In this document: positions 59,151 through 64,000 of the stretch, in pieces
Position numbering within the stretch: the first letter of the stretch is position 1
Layout of the letters: each line of letters opens with the position of its first letter
From: an uncultured Methanoregulaceae archaeon
Lineage (GTDB): Archaea; Halobacteriota; Methanomicrobia; Methanomicrobiales; Methanospirillaceae
Direction: 5' to 3'
Assembly: GCA_963705255.1 (NCBI GenBank)
Contig: OY970061.1
Coordinates: forward strand, 1,056,001-1,120,000
DNA: 64,000 nucleotides
Notes under the pieces: generated by a model
What the model was told of the DNA's origin: nothing
Database searches by the model: none
The model's input: the letters and a program-made list of their open reading frames with translations, nothing else
Program-made: the position numbers and the translations under genes

Positions 59151-59816
59151 TCAACCTGATTTTCCGATCTTCGGCTCATCTCTCAACACAGTATTCCGGG
59201 CATAGATGTACCGGAGCTGGTGCGTGTGCCTGCCCTCTTCCCCATGTTCTTCCGGATCCTCAACCATACCGGTAGCGAGAATCTCCATACCCTGAAACTC
59301 CGATACCAGATCAGCTTCGGAGTAATAGTGGACCTCACGGCCGGGCTTGCTTTCGAATGTGTTCTCTTCGACAAGCCTGCCGGTGCCAAAACTCGGCTCC
59401 CTGTCGGAGAAGACCACAAAGAACAGGACACCGCCGATCTTCAGCTGATCCCGGCATCGCTGCAGGAATACCGCCCGGTCTCCACTCCGGAAGAGGTGAA
59501 GAACATTGAAACAGTACATGCCATCATACGTCGAATCGTCGAATGGCATATCAAGAACCGACCCGTGGTGGTACCGTATTTCAGGATGACCTTGTAGCGC
59601 AAGGTTCACAGCTGTAGCGGATAGTTCGATGCCGGTGACCCTGAACCCTGCCCGGGCAAACGCTTCGGCATTTCGGCCGTACCCGGAACCCGGTACAAGG
59701 ACCCTGCACACCCCGCCCTTTTTGAAAAGCCCGATCGCGAGCTCAGCGGTCCGGCTGGGCGAATCGCCCCATATCCTGCCCTCTTTAAGGAAACGCTCCT
59801 CCCAGAATGTGTTCAT
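59151..59816 (-). CDS. Class I SAM-dependent methyltransferase
   Basis: VLVPGSGYGRN, GIELS and YDGMYCFNVLH. Confidence 0.88.
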   Translation of the reverse strand: MNTFWEERFLKEGRIWGDSPSRTAELAIGLFKKGGVCRVLVPGSGYGRNAEAFARAGFRVTGIELSATAVNLALQGHPEIRYHHGSVLDMPFDDSTYDGMYCFNVLHLFRSGDRAVFLQRCRDQLKIGGVLFFVVFSDREPSFGTGRLVEENTFESKPGREVHYYSEADLVSEFQGMEILATGMVEDPEEHGEEGRHTHQLRYIYARNTVLRDEPKIGKSG

Positions 59817-59904
59817 ACGAAATGCCCCGGTTCTATTGAGAATCTCCTGTCAGGATAAGGATACGATTCCCTGAGGCCTCGTAATCAAAAAAAGAGGCGG
59901 ACAT

Positions 59905-61339
59905 TCACTGTTCCACGATCGCATGCCCGTTCTTGTCGCCGCGCCCGATCCCCTTGTACACGAACCCCTCCCTGATGAAGGCATCGGGGTCGACCATGTT
60001 GCGCCCGTCCACGATGATCGGGTGCTTCCTGCCGGAGAGTTTTTTGATGATGGCAGGATCGAGGTTGCGGTACTGGGTGTGCCCGGCGAAGATGACAACC
60101 GCATCGGTGTCCTTCACGGACTTTTCGATATCCGCGACGAGAGGCACTCCCGGGTATTCGCAGACATACGCATCGTGGACTACCACATGGCATCCTTCAC
60201 CCAGCAGCAGTTCGCGGTACGGTTCCGAAGGAGTGTTGCGGGTGTCGTCCGAGTTCGAGAGGAACGCCCAGCCGAGGATCGACACTTTTGACCCGAGCGG
60301 GTCCAGGCCGATCCGTTTCATCGCGTCCATCGTCAGCCGGAACATGTGCCGGGGCATGAAGTCGTTGATGCGGCGGGCGAGGACATAGAGCGAGGGTTCG
60401 TGTTCCGGGTAGTCGAGCGTCCCTTTCCCGAGGACCTGGACGCCGCGTTCGAGATGGTAGGTGTCCTTGGTCAGGCAGTGGCCGCCGACACCGGCACCGG
60501 GCCAGAGCATGGCGCGGGTTATCCCCTCGCCTTTCAGGCTGTCGATACCGGCCCGCACGTCGTAGACATTGATCCCCATGGCCTCGCAGTAGAGGGCAAG
60601 CTCGTTGATCGCCGCGATCTGGAGGTCCCGGAACGTGTTCTCCGCGGTCTTGGTGACCTCTGCCGCGGTGGCCGTCATGGGGATAACCTTACCGGTTGTC
60701 AGGACCGGTGCATAGAGTTCCGCAGCCCTCCGGGTGCTCACTTCGTCAATCCCGCCGACGATGCGGTCGTGTTCCCGGATATTGCGCAGCAACCTCCCCG
60801 GCCATCACCCGCTCCGGCGCATGGGCGAGCGCAAAACCGGCGCCTGCCACGAGGCCGGACTCCTTCTCGAGGATCTCACGAGCGACTCCGTTCGTTGTCC
60901 CCGGTGTGATGGTCGATTCGAGCACGACCAGCATGCCGGGCTGCAGGTAACGGCCCACATTTCGTATCCCTTCAAACAGGGCAGAAAAGTCAGGAAGCAG
61001 GTCGTCCTTGTCCAGGAACGGCGTCTGTATCGAGACCGTGACCGCGTCGAGCCCGGCAATCAGGGAGAAGTCTGACGTGCACCGGAATTTTTTTGCCCTG
61101 ACCACGTCTTCCAGCAGTTCCCCGAGCCCCGGCTCCTCGCCTTTGAGCGGGCTCTCCCCGCGGTTGAGCATCGCGATCTTGTACCCCGAGGACGGCGAGT
61201 CCCGCTGGAAACCGTAGACCAGCTCGAACTTTGGAGAGGCCGCAAACAGCGCCGCTGCAGGGATGCCGACATATCCCATGCCGAGCACACCGATCTTTTT
61301 GATCGGCCCGCGTTTTGCCAGGAGATCCTGTAAGCTCAC
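59905..61339 (-). CDS. Nucleotide-sugar (UDP-GlcNAc/ManNAc) 6-dehydrogenase, WbpA/WecC family; frameshift near 60797
   Basis: GMGYVG, ESTITPGTT and PER in one frame; K..EN.FRD..IA, PGAGVGGHCL.KD and DGRN in the next. Confidence 0.9.
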
Positions 61340-61360
61340 AGCGTTCCTGCCTCCCTTCCT

Positions 61361-62266
61361 CTAGAGACCTGCCTGGATCTGCTCGCAGAGGCGCAGGTTC
61401 CTTATGGCCTGTTCCGGGGTGATCGGGAACGGGCGGCGGTTTTCCACGCACTCGATGAACATACTGAGCTCGCGTTTCAGCGGTTCGAGCTTGTTCACCA
61501 TCACCTTCTCGATGATGTTCTCCTGCACGTAGCGCTCCGCCTCGAACTGGTACCGCCCCGGCTTTCGGTAAATGGTCACTTCCTGCGTCATGAAGTCCCC
61601 CTCGATGGTGAACTCTTCCTCCTCCACATAGATCATCCGGATCTTCTTGGACGATTTCCGGCTCGCGGAGAGCACGGCAGGCAGGGTCCCGCACTTCATC
61701 AGGACACTGCATACGTCAGCATTGCCGGCACTGTGGATGTCAGAAGGCGTGTTGCAGAAGAGCGTGAGCAGGATATCGATGTCATGGATCATCAGGTCCT
61801 CGACCACGGTGCTGCCGGTGACCCGGGCGGAGGCAGGGTTGTGCCGCTTCATCTCGAAATAGAGGGGTTTCTTGACGATCTTCCGGATCTCTTCCACGAC
61901 CGGGTTGAACCGCTCGATATGCCCCACCCCGACGGTTATGCCTTCCGGGGCAGCCAGCATCATCCTGACCGCTTCGTCTGCAGTCGCGCAGATCGGCTTC
62001 TCGATCAGCACGGATCTTTTTGCGGAGAAGACCTGTCCCACGATTGCCGCATGGAACGGTGTCGGGACACAGACACTCACGGCATCGGCATGGTCGAGCA
62101 GTGCGGCAACCGTGTCGTACACGACGGCCCCATGCTTCCCGCCGATCTCCTTTGCTGCCGGGCCGTTCACGTCATAGACGCCCACGGTGTCCACGCTCTT
62201 CATCTCGGAGTAGACGCGGACATGATTCCTTCCCATCGACCCCACACCGATAACACCGACGTCCAT
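61361..62266 (-). CDS. Gfo/Idh/MocA oxidoreductase (WbpB-like 3-dehydrogenase)
   Basis: GVGSMG..H, EKP, VGHIERFNP and DLMIHDID. Confidence 0.9.
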   Translation of the reverse strand: MDVGVIGVGSMGRNHVRVYSEMKSVDTVGVYDVNGPAAKEIGGKHGAVVYDTVAALLDHADAVSVCVPTPFHAAIVGQVFSAKRSVLIEKPICATADEAVRMMLAAPEGITVGVGHIERFNPVVEEIRKIVKKPLYFEMKRHNPASARVTGSTVVEDLMIHDIDILLTLFCNTPSDIHSAGNADVCSVLMKCGTLPAVLSASRKSSKKIRMIYVEEEEFTIEGDFMTQEVTIYRKPGRYQFEAERYVQENIIEKVMVNKLEPLKRELSMFIECVENRRPFPITPEQAIRNLRLCEQIQAGL

Positions 62267-62267
62267 C

Positions 62268-63362
62268 TCAGGTCACCTTGTTGATGGTATCGCAGATATA
62301 GGCGAGTTCTTTCTGGTCGAGCAGGGGGTGGACCGGCAGGCTGAGCACCGAAGAGGCGAGGCTGGTCGAGACCGGGCAGGGGTCCGGGTCGTTCTCCAGC
62401 CCGAAGAGGGGCTGGCGATGGATCGGGATCGGATAATGGACGGCAGAACCGATCCCCTTTACCTTCAGGTAGTCGGCGAACTCCGCCCGTTTCATGGGGA
62501 ACTCGTCGGTGAGCCGGACCACGTACTGGTGGTAGACGTGGTGCGCATACGAGGCTGCCAGGGGCCTGACGAGTCCTTTTGCGTTCAGGTTCGCGTTGAG
62601 ATAGTCCGCGTTCTTCCTGCGGCGGAGGTTGAACTTGTCCAGTTTCTTCAGTTGCGTTATCCCGAGGGCCGCGGCCATCTCGGTCATGCGGTAGTTGTAC
62701 CCGAGCCTCGTGTGGAGGTACTTCTCGCTCTGGCCGTGGTTGATGATCAGGCGCAGCCGTTCGGCATAGGCTTTCTCGCCCGTGGTGACCATCCCGCCTT
62801 CCCCGGTGCTCATGTTCTTGGTGGCGTAGAACGAGAAGCAGCCGAAGTGGCCGAACCCCCCCGTCTTCTGGCCGTTGTACAGGGCGCCGTGGGCCTGCGC
62901 CGCATCCTCGACCAGTTTCAGGTTGTGGGCCTCGCAGACCTTCTGGACGGCTCCAACATCGAAGGGCTGGCCGAAGAGGTGGACGCCGATGACGGCCCGG
63001 GTCTTCGGCGTCACGCGTTCCCCGATCTGGGCGGGGTTGATGGTGAACGTCTCCTCGTCCACGTCGACAAAGACGGGTTTTGCGCCGCACATGGAGACGG
63101 CAGTCGCCGTGGCGATGAACGAGAACGCGGGGACCAGCACCTCGTCCCCGCTGCCGATGTCTGCGGCCAGGAGCGCGGCATGGAGGGCCGCCGTGCCGTT
63201 ATTGACCGCGACCGCGTGGGTGGTACCGCAGTAATCACCAAATTTTTTCTCGAACTCTGCCACCTTCTCGCCGGAAGCGAGCATGCCGGACTCTAAGACC
63301 GCAGTCACCGCTGAAATTTCATCCTGGCCGATCACCGGCCGGGCAATAGGAATATGGTCCAA
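62268..63362 (-). CDS. DegT/DnrJ/EryC1/StrS aminotransferase (WbpE-like)
   Basis: NGTAAL, VHLFG, EDAAQAHG, SFYATKN...EGG and GYNYRM. Confidence 0.93.
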   Translation of the reverse strand: MDHIPIARPVIGQDEISAVTAVLESGMLASGEKVAEFEKKFGDYCGTTHAVAVNNGTAALHAALLAADIGSGDEVLVPAFSFIATATAVSMCGAKPVFVDVDEETFTINPAQIGERVTPKTRAVIGVHLFGQPFDVGAVQKVCEAHNLKLVEDAAQAHGALYNGQKTGGFGHFGCFSFYATKNMSTGEGGMVTTGEKAYAERLRLIINHGQSEKYLHTRLGYNYRMTEMAAALGITQLKKLDKFNLRRRKNADYLNANLNAKGLVRPLAASYAHHVYHQYVVRLTDEFPMKRAEFADYLKVKGIGSAVHYPIPIHRQPLFGLENDPDPCPVSTSLASSVLSLPVHPLLDQKELAYICDTINKVT

Positions 63363-63544
63363 ACCCTTCCCCCTAACCTGTATATGTTCATAAACGTTCG
63401 TAATGATCCAATAATATCATTCCTGCCGGGATCACCGGTGCCGGGCCGGAGGTCCGGGTATGACAGGTAATTACCGTGCGACTCCGGGAAAGATAGGTAA
63501 TTAGGGCAGGAAAGAGATATGATCGTACACACGAGTCGGGAGGG

Positions 63545-64000
63545 GTGGCAACGCGGCATATCATATCCATCGGGGACTTCGACCGGGACGGGATCGACCA
63601 GTTACTGGATCACGCGGAACAGATCGACAATAAAAACTACGAGGAGGATGCTCTCGGCGGCAGGATCCTTGCCGTGCTCTTCTTCGAGCCCAGCACCCGG
63701 ACGCGGATGTCGTTCGAGTCCGCCATGGCACGGCTCGGCGGGACCTCGCTCTCCGTGGGGAGCGTGGACGCCTGCTCGATGGCGAAGGGCGAGACCCTCG
63801 CGGACACGATCCGGGTGGTGAGCGGGTACGCGGACGCAATCGTCATCCGCCACCCGAAAGAGGGGGCGGCCCGGCTCGCGGCCGAGTTCTCGACCGTGCC
63901 GGTCATCAATGCCGGCGACGGGGCAGGCCAGCATCCCTCCCAGACCCTGCTCGACCTCTACACGATCCGCCAGTCGATGCCGATCGACGGGATCGATGTG
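63545..64000 (+). CDS. pyrB: Aspartate carbamoyltransferase catalytic subunit (partial, runs off the window)
   Basis: Manual translation: RHIISI, FFEPSTRTRMSFES, KGETLADT, IRHP and INAGDG...HPSQTLLDL. Confidence 0.95.
   Translation, partial: MATRHIISIGDFDRDGIDQLLDHAEQIDNKNYEEDALGGRILAVLFFEPSTRTRMSFESAMARLGGTSLSVGSVDACSMAKGETLADTIRVVSGYADAIVIRHPKEGAARLAAEFSTVPVINAGDGAGQHPSQTLLDLYTIRQSMPIDGIDV

Noticed and set aside
63551-63553. Non-canonical ACG start for pyrB
   Set aside because: An in-frame GTG at 63545 or a base-call error explains it equally well
1-64000. CRISPR array, rRNA, integrase or transposase genes
   Set aside because: No regularly spaced repeat-spacer pattern, rRNA signature or recombinase motif was seen

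Overview
Core-genome segment of a methanogenic archaeon of the Methanomicrobiales, most likely Methanoregula-like (inferred from gene content, protein style and absence of exosome genes from the proteasome superoperon). It carries: (1) glnA divergent from a split glutamate synthase cluster with an FrhB-like F420 subunit; (2) cca and thpR; (3) nrdH-nrdD; (4) an HSR1-like regulator with an Hsp20-like gene; (5) several PAS/receiver signalling proteins; (6) a branched-chain amino acid ABC transporter; (7) a large PKD-repeat surface glycoprotein; (8) tRNA-Tyr (with intron) and tRNA-Asp; (9) leuA; (10) the rpl15e-rnp3-rnp2-psmA-sdo1-rpl37ae-rpoP-pcc1-pfdB superoperon; (11) moaC/nnr, recJ-like, nac, trmI and ilvD; (12) a diacetamido-uronic acid sugar pathway and the start of pyrB. 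Three AT-rich accessory inserts encode a TIR protein, an HExxH protein, and an FRG protein next to a CARF-like wHTH regulator. About ten single-base frameshifts, including one in essential psmA, point to long-read consensus errors. Most notable observations: a leaderless uORF ending in tandem CUU-CUU Leu codons overlapping the start of leuA in the -1 frame (candidate leucine-sensing +1 frameshift or attenuation); a diverged duplication of the trmI 3' end bracketing ilvD; a dispersed, modular multi-hairpin repeat family; and an NrdD lacking its glycyl-radical C-terminus.
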